Source: Candidatus Multivoradales bacterium (GTDB lineage: Bacteria; Acidobacteriota; Thermoanaerobaculia; Multivoradales; J023). From it: DNA of 64,000 nt. A program made the translations under genes and the position numbers. The notes beneath the pieces are model-generated. The model saw nothing but the letters and a program-made list of their open reading frames with translations, did not search any database and was not told where the DNA came from. The stretch is taken from assembly GCA_965248925.1 (NCBI GenBank), contig CBDFLE010000006.1, positions 3,456,001-3,520,000 on the forward strand. Reading direction: 5' to 3'. Every line of letters starts with the position of its first letter. Position 1 is the first letter of the stretch. This document shows positions 39,401-47,206 of this stretch, in pieces.

Positions 39401-40768
39401 AGCTTCGACAATTTCGGCAACATCCAGCAGCTATCAACACCCGGCTTCGCGGCTCTCAATCTCAACCCCAGCGCCACCACCAACCGCCTCGGCCTCTCGG
39501 GCGCTCAGTACGACGCGGCCGGCAATCTGACCGACATCACCCTCGGCAGCGAGAGCTTCGACTACGCCTTCGACGGCGCCAACATGATGAAGCACCTGCG
39601 CTCGAACACCGATCAAGCGCGGGTCTTCATCTACAACGCCAGCGACGAGCGGATCCTCACCTTCGACTGCTTCGGCCCCGGCGCCACCAGCACTTGCACC
39701 ACCCAGCCCGCCAGCCTCACCTGGACCCTACGCGGTCTCGGCAACGAAGTCCTGCGAGTCTACGATCAGCCAGCTGGCGGCGCCTTCAGCTGGAGTCGAG
39801 ACTACGTCCATCGCGGCGGGCAGCCCCTCGCCACCATCGAGCCCGAGGGTAGCGGTGGCGAGATGACGTCGCATCTCCATCTTGATCACCTGGGCACACC
39901 CCGGCAGATCACCCGAGGGGGTCAGCAGGTGGCGTTGCACAACTACTTTCCCTTTGGTCAAGAGGCGACCAGCGCGGAGGCTGACGAGATCCAGCTGAAA
40001 TTCACCGGTCATGAGCGGGACAAGACCGGGACCGGGGCGAGGAGCGAGCTGGACTACATGCATGCGCGGCATTGCAGTCCGGTGGTGGGGCGGTTCTTGA
40101 GTGTGGACCCGGCGAAGTCCGCCAAGCCCAGCGCGCCGGGAAGCTGGAACCGCTATTCCTATGCGGGGAACAACCCGATCAACGAGATCGACCCCAATGG
40201 GCGAGAAAGCCGTGCGGCGATGGCTCTCGAACAAGATATACAGCGCTTGATGCGGGGCGAGATCACCCAGGAGCAGTACATTGAGAACATCAATGCTCGG
40301 GGAATGGGAGCACTGTTTGCTGCCAGCCTTCTCTCGCCAGTCGACGAGACGACTCTTGTTGTCGCTGTTACTCGAAAAGCACTTCCTAGTGTTGGGTCAA
40401 AGCTGTCTGCTGTCTTTGCTCGACTTGGTAAGGTCTTTCAACGGGGATCGCGCGGAGGAGCAAAGGGGGCAGCGAGCGTTGACGACCTGCTTCGGGCTGG
40501 CCAGCAACTGGATAGAAATGGACTTAGCAGAGCTGGGCGCTCTCTACAGAAGCACGGAGACAGAGCAGACAGCGTTTTTCCACGGTCAACGGGCAATGCA
40601 GCTGCAAGGAACGATCAAGGACAACAGATCCTTGAAGAGATCTTGAACAGCTCGAACCAGACTACTCGGGCAAATCGCCTCGGTGGACGGGATATTTTCG
40701 ATACTGCCAGTGGGCGCGGAGTACGCTTCGACGGAGATGGGCAGTTCATAGGATTCCTAGATCCATGA
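36401..40768 (+). CDS. rhs: Rhs/YD-repeat polymorphic toxin, main body with core and C-terminal toxin
   Basis: Many YDxxGR repeats; core HLDHLGTPR...YFPFG...KFTGHERD...GRFLSVDP...PINEIDPNGR; tip AGRSLQKHG...GRGVRFD..GQFIGFLDP (predicted nuclease-type). Confidence 0.93.
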   Translation: MEDRFGNWINVRYANDGDWTLTDSQGRTHTVDFVGGRVATVRLEAFGSQSNSTFLFQYRTETLERQFGFRPGCVPIAEHTLTTQVLDRVVLPDGSFYEMDYLTVDNLLSGGLSKLRLPTGGAYGYDYQLFPFQTQLADLFHAPDWGTVARGVKSKHLFLDDGDTTPYATWSYTYDTANPQAPGDPLGHPCFHSMKVTDPLGFETVGYFSTVGANNRWSYGLPYTYCDPISGSFSEAGPFLSQELFDAGGVKLRSIFVEFDSDGRDAGNYNEKAHRLRYRKETFHDDGGKVREVTFSDFDGLGHFRTMTTGGSFGAADVRTSSTTYNANPDDSSIDPATDLVLPSHNARWILETWDEQSVSEGGTTEKAEFCFSSTTGFLERRRQLAGSSRQSRDVVSLLTSTDGFVTGERVYGGDTQNLGTGSLCSLGLSGPTYRTDHVYASGSLRKSTAVDCTGTAILTLADYDIDSDTGLVATSRDAAGLGTSFTYDRLGRLTGQRPAELGWTQWTYTLPTTANPSLAPKLTEQQCQPFQTSCSGTDLMSFREHRYDGLGRRLQETVRIPIANAGQTELWHRYTTWNPRHWKTDESVWTTASAAGESRRTTYLAYDRFGRPGRVKPPEQPATFFTYQGDRVQTRRFKVQLTSGQQDTYVTEIMDGQGRLAEVCEGSSAAWSGSCGGGGLLTRYSYDDGGRLTKVCQNLSGSTCGQTRLFSYDGRGFLLSETHPEIGPSGNGRIDYRFDAGGNATSKDLIGSTAFDLSFDFDAAGRLIRVLESSNGAGSTPRLQKQFRYARTNSGSDHRAGKLVQTVRHNWVDIQSPLAPEPGSLDVKLSESFRYTGRQGLMSEKQTRYQFFAGNYAFTTGFAFDTQGNLSQLDYPSCQHADGGCATNDPQRTVNFNYEKGMLRSVPGFANNLTYQSGGMLHQLAHSDGVVDSQEVSSLNGLARPHQLTTSAGWSSGNFAYDGAGNISAIGNLAYRYDRLGRLISGQTSVGATLFTQTASFDNFGNIQQLSTPGFAALNLNPSATTNRLGLSGAQYDAAGNLTDITLGSESFDYAFDGANMMKHLRSNTDQARVFIYNASDERILTFDCFGPGATSTCTTQPASLTWTLRGLGNEVLRVYDQPAGGAFSWSRDYVHRGGQPLATIEPEGSGGEMTSHLHLDHLGTPRQITRGGQQVALHNYFPFGQEATSAEADEIQLKFTGHERDKTGTGARSELDYMHARHCSPVVGRFLSVDPAKSAKPSAPGSWNRYSYAGNNPINEIDPNGRESRAAMALEQDIQRLMRGEITQEQYIENINARGMGALFAASLLSPVDETTLVVAVTRKALPSVGSKLSAVFARLGKVFQRGSRGGAKGAASVDDLLRAGQQLDRNGLSRAGRSLQKHGDRADSVFPRSTGNAAARNDQGQQILEEILNSSNQTTRANRLGGRDIFDTASGRGVRFDGDGQFIGFLDP

Positions 40769-41019
40769 AGCGGGATGAGTTCTCAGCTGGCCATTTCAGC
40801 GTGATGATTGCCAGCGATCTGGATCACGAGAAGGTTTACGCAGAGATCTACTGTGATGACAAGTTTGTGGCGCTCGTGAGCCAGGAGCATGGCCTTGAGC
40901 ACAAAATGTTAGAGGTGCCAGGGCCTGGGCTTGTGGAAGAACAAATCTCTCGGGAGGTGGATCTCAAGGGTTTTCAGCACGCTCTTGAGCTAGCCGCGAG
41001 AAAGCTGCACGGCGAGTAG
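40765..41019 (+). CDS. Putative immunity protein for the main Rhs tip
   Basis: Small acidic ORF with ATGA overlap directly after the toxin. Confidence 0.8.
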   Translation: MKRDEFSAGHFSVMIASDLDHEKVYAEIYCDDKFVALVSQEHGLEHKMLEVPGPGLVEEQISREVDLKGFQHALELAARKLHGE

Positions 41020-41057
41020 GCCGCGTTGGCCAACCTTTGACAGTAGCTCGCCATCAT

Positions 41058-41084
41058 GAGTGCCCGGTGTCCCACCGGGCACTC
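41058..41084. terminator. Hairpin between convergent genes
   Basis: GAGTGCCCGGTG-TCC-CACCGGGCACTC, perfect 12-bp stem; no clear U-tract. Confidence 0.5.
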
Positions 41085-41462
41085 TCACTGGTGGAGCACT
41101 TCTTCGATCTGGTGCTTCTTGATGTAGGCGTCGATAAGGGAGGTGACGACGTGGCGATCATCGTCGCTCATCCGCTCGACCGCTTCGAACTGGCGTAGCA
41201 ACTCCCGATCCCGCAAGGCAGCCCCACGGGCTGCATCCCCATCGAGATCATCCCGCAGTAGAAAATCGATCGAGACGTCGAGAACATCGGCGAGCCTGAC
41301 GGCAGTTTCGGCGTTGGGCATGGCTTGGCCAATCTCATACTTGCCTACATGGCGACCGTGGATGCCGACCCGTTTGCCGAACTCGTCCTGGGACCATCCG
41401 CGCTCTTTGCGCAGCTTGCGGAGCTTCTGGCCGAAGCTGGGGGCGTCTGTAGTCATCTCCAT
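41085..41462 (-). CDS. XRE-family repressor (type A)
   Basis: FGQKLRKLRKERGWSQDEFG...KYEIGQAMP...LADVLDVSIDFLL. Confidence 0.9.
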   Translation of the reverse strand: MEMTTDAPSFGQKLRKLRKERGWSQDEFGKRVGIHGRHVGKYEIGQAMPNAETAVRLADVLDVSIDFLLRDDLDGDAARGAALRDRELLRQFEAVERMSDDDRHVVTSLIDAYIKKHQIEEVLHQ

Positions 41463-41667
41463 CCGTTGCCTCTCGCTATGAATCTCCGCAAATTCTACAG
41501 CGCAAGCACCTCGCCATCAAGGGAAATGGAGTCTCGGGGCAGAGTTCTTACTTGTAAAACCACGTCTATGCGCTATATAATCGAGTCAATCGATGCGTAT
41601 GGTGCTCGCTATGAAAACGAGCCCATCAGCTACAACAGAAAGACAGAATCTTGCCGGAGGATCTCCA

Positions 41668-41964
41668 ATGACCGAGCACAAGCTAACGATCTCCGCCCTG
41701 TACCGCCCCGGCTGGCACGTCTTGCCCAGATCGGCACAGCTGCCATTGCTGCAAGTGGTCGGCCCATGGCTCCAGGACGCTGGCTTCTACCCCGGTGCGC
41801 GAGTGCGGATCGATGTGGTGGGTGACGGGCGTTTGGTGGTGACGCGGGTGGAAGAGGGCGAGGAGGAGAGGGAAATGCAGCCGGTGGTGTGGGTGCCGGC
41901 GGATCAGATCGGCCGGATTGATGAGGTCTCGGCAAGTCGCCTGGCAGGAGCAGCCTGTGTCTGA
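41668..41964 (+). CDS. SymE-like (AbrB-fold) protein 1
   Basis: PLLQVVGPWLQDAGFYPGARVRIDV...RLVVT; GGAGG RBS. Confidence 0.75.
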   Translation: MTEHKLTISALYRPGWHVLPRSAQLPLLQVVGPWLQDAGFYPGARVRIDVVGDGRLVVTRVEEGEEEREMQPVVWVPADQIGRIDEVSASRLAGAACV

Positions 41965-42181
41965 GTCGAGAGCTGAGCGGCATCTGACGATCTCTACCCT
42001 GCACGAGCCCCGCGCACCGCACTACATCAACGGTCCGTGCTCGGTGCGGCTTGTGCCGTTTGTGCGGATGCGGGGGGCTTGGCTGGAAGCAGCGGGGTTT
42101 CGCTGTGGGGAGCGGCTGCGGGTGGAGGTCGAGCAGGATCGTTTGGTGCTTACTCCGGTGGGATCGGAGGCGGCACGGTGA
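41957..42181 (+). CDS. SymE-like protein 2
   Basis: PFVRMRGAWLEAAGFRCGERLRVEVEQDRLVLT; GTG start after AGGAG. Confidence 0.8.
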   Translation: MSESRAERHLTISTLHEPRAPHYINGPCSVRLVPFVRMRGAWLEAAGFRCGERLRVEVEQDRLVLTPVGSEAAR

Positions 42182-45100
42182 GCAGGATTCCGGAAGCGGA
42201 AGTGGAGCGACTAAAGCGAGAAGTATCGGTGGAACGCCTGGTCCTGGCCCGCGGTGTAGAGCTGAAACGGCACGGGGCGGACCTGCTGGGGCTGTGTCCG
42301 TTTCACGACGACCACGAGCCGTCGCTGGTGATCTCGCCAAAGAAGAACCTGTGGCACTGCCTGGGCGCCTGCCAGGCGGGTGGCTCGGTGATCGATTGGG
42401 TGATGCGAGATCGCGGGGTGTCGTTTCGCCACGCGGTCGAGCTGCTGCGCTCGGATCTGCCGGCGGCGGCGGTCACTGAGGCGCGGCCTTCGGCGCCGGC
42501 TCTGCCTTCGCCGGTGGTGGCGGACGTCGAGGACGCGGAGTTGCTCGGCCAGGTCGTCGGCTACTACCACGAGGCTTTGAAGGAGGGCCCGGAGGCGCTG
42601 GCTTATCTGGAGAGCAGAGGGCTGAAGCACCCGGAGATGATCGAGCATTTCAGGCTTGGCTTCGCCAACCGGACGCTGGGCTATCGACTGCCATCGAAGC
42701 AGCTGAAGGCGGGTAAGGAGATGCGGGGTCGATTGCAGAAGCTCGGCGTGCTGCGCAAGTCGGGTCATGAGCACTTCAACGGCTCGATCGTCTTTCCGGT
42801 TTTCGATTCAACAGGCCAGGTGGTGGAGATCTACGGGCGCAAGATCACACTAAATCTTCGCAAGGGGACGCCCTTGCATCTCTATCTGCCGGGTCCACAT
42901 CGAGGGATCTTTAATGCGGAAGCTCTGGTGGCCTCGACCGAGATCATCCTCTGCGAGTCGCTGATCGACGCTCTGACTTTCTGGTGTGCGGGTTACCGTA
43001 ACGTCACCAGCGCCTACGGCATCCAGGGTTTCACCGCGGAGATGCTGGCAGCCTTCGGTGGCCACGGAGTCGAGCGGGTGCTGATCGCCTACGACCGTGA
43101 CGATGCCGGCGAGAAGGCCGCCGGGAAGCTGGCCGAGAAGCTGGTGGGTGCCGGGATCGACTGCTACCGAATCCAATTTCCGCGTGGCATGGATGCCAAC
43201 GAGTACGCGCTGAAGGTGACCCCGGCGGCGAAGTCGCTGGGGGTGGTGATCCGCAAAGCACAGTGGCTCGGCAAAGGCAAGCCGCCGGGCGTGAAACCGG
43301 GGTTTGGGCCAACAGCTGGCCTAATCGCGCCAACGGTACGGCCAAACACAGCCGCAGAGGCGGTAATGGCTCCACCAACAGAGCAGCTGACATCATCGAA
43401 TACCGCCGGAGAGGCGGTATTGGCACTGCCCGCCCCGGCCGAAGCCTCCCCACTGCCCGCACCGCCTCCGCCAGATATGCCGGCTGAGGTGCGCGACCAG
43501 GAGGTGGTCTTGTCGCTCGGCGATCGCCGCTACCGCATTCGCGGTCTGCCGAAGAATCTGGCCTACGACGTGCTCAAGGTCAACGTCCTGGCGTCGCGGG
43601 GCGACGCCTTCCACGTCGACACTTTCGATCTCTACGCGGCGCGGCCGCGGGCGGTGTTTCAGCGGGCGGCAGCCGCTGAGCTGGGGGTCGAGGAGCAGGT
43701 GGTCAAGAAGGATCTGGGCAAGGTGCTGCTGAAGCTCGAGGAGCTGCAGGACGAGCAGATCCGCTCAGCACTCGAGCCGCAGTCGACGGCGGTGGAGCTG
43801 TCAGAGGGAGAGAAGGAAGCGGCGCTTGAGCTGCTGCGCTCACCAGATCTCTTGGTGCGCATCCTCGCGGACTTCGAGCGCTGCGGGGTGGTGGGCGAGG
43901 AGGTCAACAAGCTGATGGGCTACCTGGCGTCGACCTCGCGTTTCCTGGAACGGCCGCTGGCGGTGGTGGTGCAGTCCAGCTCAGCGGCCGGTAAGTCGGC
44001 GCTGATGGAGGCGGTGCTGTCGCTGATGCCAGGTGAGCAGCAAGTGAAGTACTCGGCGATGACCGGGCAATCGCTGTTCTACATGGGCGAAACGGATCTG
44101 CAGCACAAGATCCTGGCGATCGTCGAGGAGGAGGGGGCCGAGCGGGCTAGCTACGCCTTGAAGCTGCTTCAGTCGGAGGGCGAGCTGACGATTGCCTCGA
44201 CCGGCAAGGATGCTTCAACGGGCAAGCTGGTGACGCACGAGTACCACGTCGAAGGGCCGGTGATGATCTTCTTGACGACCACGGCAATCGACATCGATGA
44301 AGAGCTTTTGAATCGCTGCTTGGTGCTCTCGGTGGACGAGGCGCGAGAGCAGACGCGGGCGATTCACCGGCTGCAGCGGCAGCGGCGGACGCTGGAGGGG
44401 CTACTCTCGCGCACCCGGCGCGACGGGGTGATGGCGCTGCACCAGAACGCGCAGCGGCTGCTGCGGCCGCTGGCGGTGGTCAATCCCTTTGCTCCGGAAC
44501 TTACCTTTCTCGATACGCAAATCCGCACCCGCCGGGACCACGAGAAGTACCTGACGCTGATCGACGTGATTGCTCTTTTGCATCAATACCAGCGAGAGGT
44601 GAAGCTGGCGGTGGTCGACGGGCGAGAGGTGGAGTACGTCGAAGTGGTGGCCACAGACATCGAGACAGCCAACCGCCTGGCGCACGAAGTCTTGGGGCGC
44701 TCGCTCGATGAGCTGCCGCCGCAGACGCGGCGCCTGCTGGGGCTGATCGACGAGATGGTCAGCGAAGCCTGTGAGGCGCTGGCGATGGATCGGCCGGACT
44801 ACCGTTTCAGCCGGCGGGCGGTGCGCGAGCACACCGGCTGGGGCAATACGCAGCTGAAGCTGCACCTACGCCGTCTTGAGGAGTTTGAGTATCTGCTGGT
44901 GCATCAGGGCGGGCGGGGGCAGAGCTTTGTCTACGAGCTGGTTTACGTGGCCAGCGACGAGCCGGAGCGGCCGCGACTGCCGGGGCTGATCGAGGTCGAA
45001 ACACTCAGGTACGACGAAAAGAAGTCGGGGTCTGAAGCTGAGAAGTCGGGGCCAAGTCGGCCCCAAGTCGGGGGGGTGTCGGGGGGTGGTCGGGGTGCAG

Positions 45101-45243
45101 TTTCCCAAGCAGAATCAACAACTTCGGCCGGAAATCGTGGAGTTTCGGCAAAAAACGCATATAAGGGGGTGCGAGAAAACGGCCCGTCATGTCGTAAATC
45201 TGGGCCTCGTACCGGCGGCTCGGCGGCGGTCGAGGGGGCCTGA
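42178..45243 (+). CDS. CHC2 zinc-finger / TOPRIM primase fused to a P-loop ATPase (replication protein)
   Basis: CPFHDD...WHCLGAC; ESLIDA and YDRDDAG; Walker A-like SSSAAGKS; GTGA coupling to the SymE-like gene. Confidence 0.9.
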   Translation: MSRIPEAEVERLKREVSVERLVLARGVELKRHGADLLGLCPFHDDHEPSLVISPKKNLWHCLGACQAGGSVIDWVMRDRGVSFRHAVELLRSDLPAAAVTEARPSAPALPSPVVADVEDAELLGQVVGYYHEALKEGPEALAYLESRGLKHPEMIEHFRLGFANRTLGYRLPSKQLKAGKEMRGRLQKLGVLRKSGHEHFNGSIVFPVFDSTGQVVEIYGRKITLNLRKGTPLHLYLPGPHRGIFNAEALVASTEIILCESLIDALTFWCAGYRNVTSAYGIQGFTAEMLAAFGGHGVERVLIAYDRDDAGEKAAGKLAEKLVGAGIDCYRIQFPRGMDANEYALKVTPAAKSLGVVIRKAQWLGKGKPPGVKPGFGPTAGLIAPTVRPNTAAEAVMAPPTEQLTSSNTAGEAVLALPAPAEASPLPAPPPPDMPAEVRDQEVVLSLGDRRYRIRGLPKNLAYDVLKVNVLASRGDAFHVDTFDLYAARPRAVFQRAAAAELGVEEQVVKKDLGKVLLKLEELQDEQIRSALEPQSTAVELSEGEKEAALELLRSPDLLVRILADFERCGVVGEEVNKLMGYLASTSRFLERPLAVVVQSSSAAGKSALMEAVLSLMPGEQQVKYSAMTGQSLFYMGETDLQHKILAIVEEEGAERASYALKLLQSEGELTIASTGKDASTGKLVTHEYHVEGPVMIFLTTTAIDIDEELLNRCLVLSVDEAREQTRAIHRLQRQRRTLEGLLSRTRRDGVMALHQNAQRLLRPLAVVNPFAPELTFLDTQIRTRRDHEKYLTLIDVIALLHQYQREVKLAVVDGREVEYVEVVATDIETANRLAHEVLGRSLDELPPQTRRLLGLIDEMVSEACEALAMDRPDYRFSRRAVREHTGWGNTQLKLHLRRLEEFEYLLVHQGGRGQSFVYELVYVASDEPERPRLPGLIEVETLRYDEKKSGSEAEKSGPSRPQVGGVSGGGRGAVSQAESTTSAGNRGVSAKNAYKGVRENGPSCRKSGPRTGGSAAVEGA

Positions 45244-46316
45244 TGCCGCGCCGTGGCGAGCGCAAGATCCGCCTCTTGCCGGGCAATCCAACCGACCCTC
45301 GGGGCTTCGCGGTGATGGCGGGTCAGTACCTGGAGTGGATGGCGATCAAGAACTACTCTCCACGAACCGTTGAGAACCGGCATCTATACCTCTCGTTTCT
45401 CATCGCATGGTGTGAAGAGCGTGGGGTGTCGCGGCCGTCGGAAGTGACCAAGCCGATCCTGGAGCGCTACGCCAGGTGGCTCTACCACTACCGCAAGCCT
45501 GGGGACGGGCGGCCGCTGTCTTTCCGGGCTCAGCACTCGCGGCTGGTGCCGGTAAGGGCCTTCTTCAAATGGGCGGCTCGGGCCAACCACCTGCTCTACA
45601 ACCCGGCCTCGGAGCTGGAGCTACCGAAGCTGGAGCACCGGCTGCCGGCGGCGGTGCTGACCGCCTCTGAAGCCGACCAGGTGCTCAACCAGCCCGACAC
45701 CACGGAGCCGCTCGGGATGCGCGACCGAACAATCCTTGAAGTCTTCTACTCCACGGGCATGCGCCGGGCTGAGCTGATCGGCCTCGGCCGTTACGATCTC
45801 GACATCGAGCGCGGGACGGTGATGGTGCGCCAGGGCAAGGGTAGGAAAGATTGGATGATCCCGATCGGCGAGCGGGCGTTGGCCTGGATCGATCGCTACG
45901 TCACTGCGGTACGGCCGTCGCTGGTGGTCGAGCCGGACGGCGGGCCGCTCTTTCTCACCAACCAGGGGACGCCGTTTGCGCCGTCGCGAATGACTCAGCT
46001 GGTGCGCGGCTACGTGCTCGCCGCCGATCTCGGCAAGTCGGGCGCTTGCCATCTCTTCCGCCACACGATGGCGACGCTGATGCTCGAAGGTGGTGCGGAT
46101 ATCCGCTTCATTCAGCAGATGCTCGGCCATGCCAAGCTGGAGACGACGCAGATTTACACTCAGGTATCGATCCGCAAACTGAAGTCGATCCACTCGGCAA
46201 CCCATCCGGGCGCGAAGCTAGGGCGGCGGGTGGCACCGCCGACAGAAGAAGACGGCAGCGATGAAGTGACCGCCGAGGACTTACTCGATGTAGTCGAGAC
46301 CGAGGCGGAGGACTGA
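45243..46316 (+). CDS. XerC/XerD-like tyrosine integrase
   Basis: Catalytic set TGMRRAEL, GKG, HLFRH, LGH, TQIYT; TGATG coupling. Confidence 0.93.
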   Translation: MPRRGERKIRLLPGNPTDPRGFAVMAGQYLEWMAIKNYSPRTVENRHLYLSFLIAWCEERGVSRPSEVTKPILERYARWLYHYRKPGDGRPLSFRAQHSRLVPVRAFFKWAARANHLLYNPASELELPKLEHRLPAAVLTASEADQVLNQPDTTEPLGMRDRTILEVFYSTGMRRAELIGLGRYDLDIERGTVMVRQGKGRKDWMIPIGERALAWIDRYVTAVRPSLVVEPDGGPLFLTNQGTPFAPSRMTQLVRGYVLAADLGKSGACHLFRHTMATLMLEGGADIRFIQQMLGHAKLETTQIYTQVSIRKLKSIHSATHPGAKLGRRVAPPTEEDGSDEVTAEDLLDVVETEAED

Positions 46317-46721
46317 CCCCCGCCCGAAGCGGTCCGGGTCTGCGGGTCCCGCGCTGCGGCCGGCTGCGCCGTCCTCCGTTCGCGGGCCACGCAGCCCTCG
46401 GCAGTATTTTTTCGTCACCCCAGCCCGCCCCGGCCCGAGCATCTGCGATCCACCACCTGAGCCCTCCGATCACCGGCCCGGCGCGGGGCTTCAAGTAGTC
46501 CAAGAGAAGACTCTTCGAAAGCTCACCCCAAGCTCCGCCGGGGCGTGTGTCCCTCCGGTCGCTGCGCTCCCTCCGGGCACGGGCCAGCCGCTCCGCAAGC
46601 CGCGCGCCACCTGGGTCCCTCCTCGGACCTCCCAGGTGTCACGCGGCTTGCATGGGTCGCTGTCCGATAGTGCGCGCCCTATCCGACCTGGCCCTCACAC
46701 GCCCCGGCTCCGGGCCTACGG

Positions 46722-46751
46722 CCTTTCCATAACGCGTGCATTATGGAAACT
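46722..46751. other. dif/cer-like recombination site (11-8-11)
   Basis: CCTTTCCATAA-CGCGTGCA-TTATGGAAACT; second copy at 54479-54508; absent from unit 3. Confidence 0.55.
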
Positions 46752-47206
46752 TGGGGTGAGCACTCCGCGAGCCTGCGATGGTCAGCGGCTTCGGAACCAC
46801 GCCCCGCTCCGGGCCTCCTTGCCGAGATCCACCAGCCAGCACTGCGACGGCTCGGCCCGGCCCCGTCCGCCCCCTCAAGGGGGCTCCCCATCCTCCTCCC
46901 AAGACCCGCCCTGCGTCGTGGCCTCCGTACCCTGCGCGCGGCGCCCTGCGGTCGCCGTGCTCGGCTCCGGCCCCGCCGCCACCACGCCCCCAACGTGCAG
47001 ATTGGTTTGGCGGCTGCGCCGCCGGCACCAAACTGCCGGAAAGACCCGCGCTCGCTCCGACGACCAGCCCGACGAAAACGACCTAAGAAAACACCCACTG
47101 CCCGAAGAAAGCGGCCTAAGAAAACCGCATCCCGCCTCCGCACCAACCACCCTTCCTCCTTTAGCCGCTGTCTTCGAGCGCCACCCGCGGCGTAGAATGG
47201 CCCGGC

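Noticed and set aside
41085-46316. Prophage or conjugative ICE
   Set aside because: No capsid, terminase, tail, relaxase or type IV secretion genes.
45243-46316. Housekeeping xerC/xerD or integron integrase; primase as dnaG
   Set aside because: Three copies coupled to an element primase; no IntI-specific insertion or attC array seen; the primase is fused to an ATPase unlike DnaG.
46317-47206. ORFs in the post-integrase region (e.g. 46636-47223, 46679-47356)
   Set aside because: Low-complexity Pro/Arg translations broken by indels between units; more likely cis-acting DNA.
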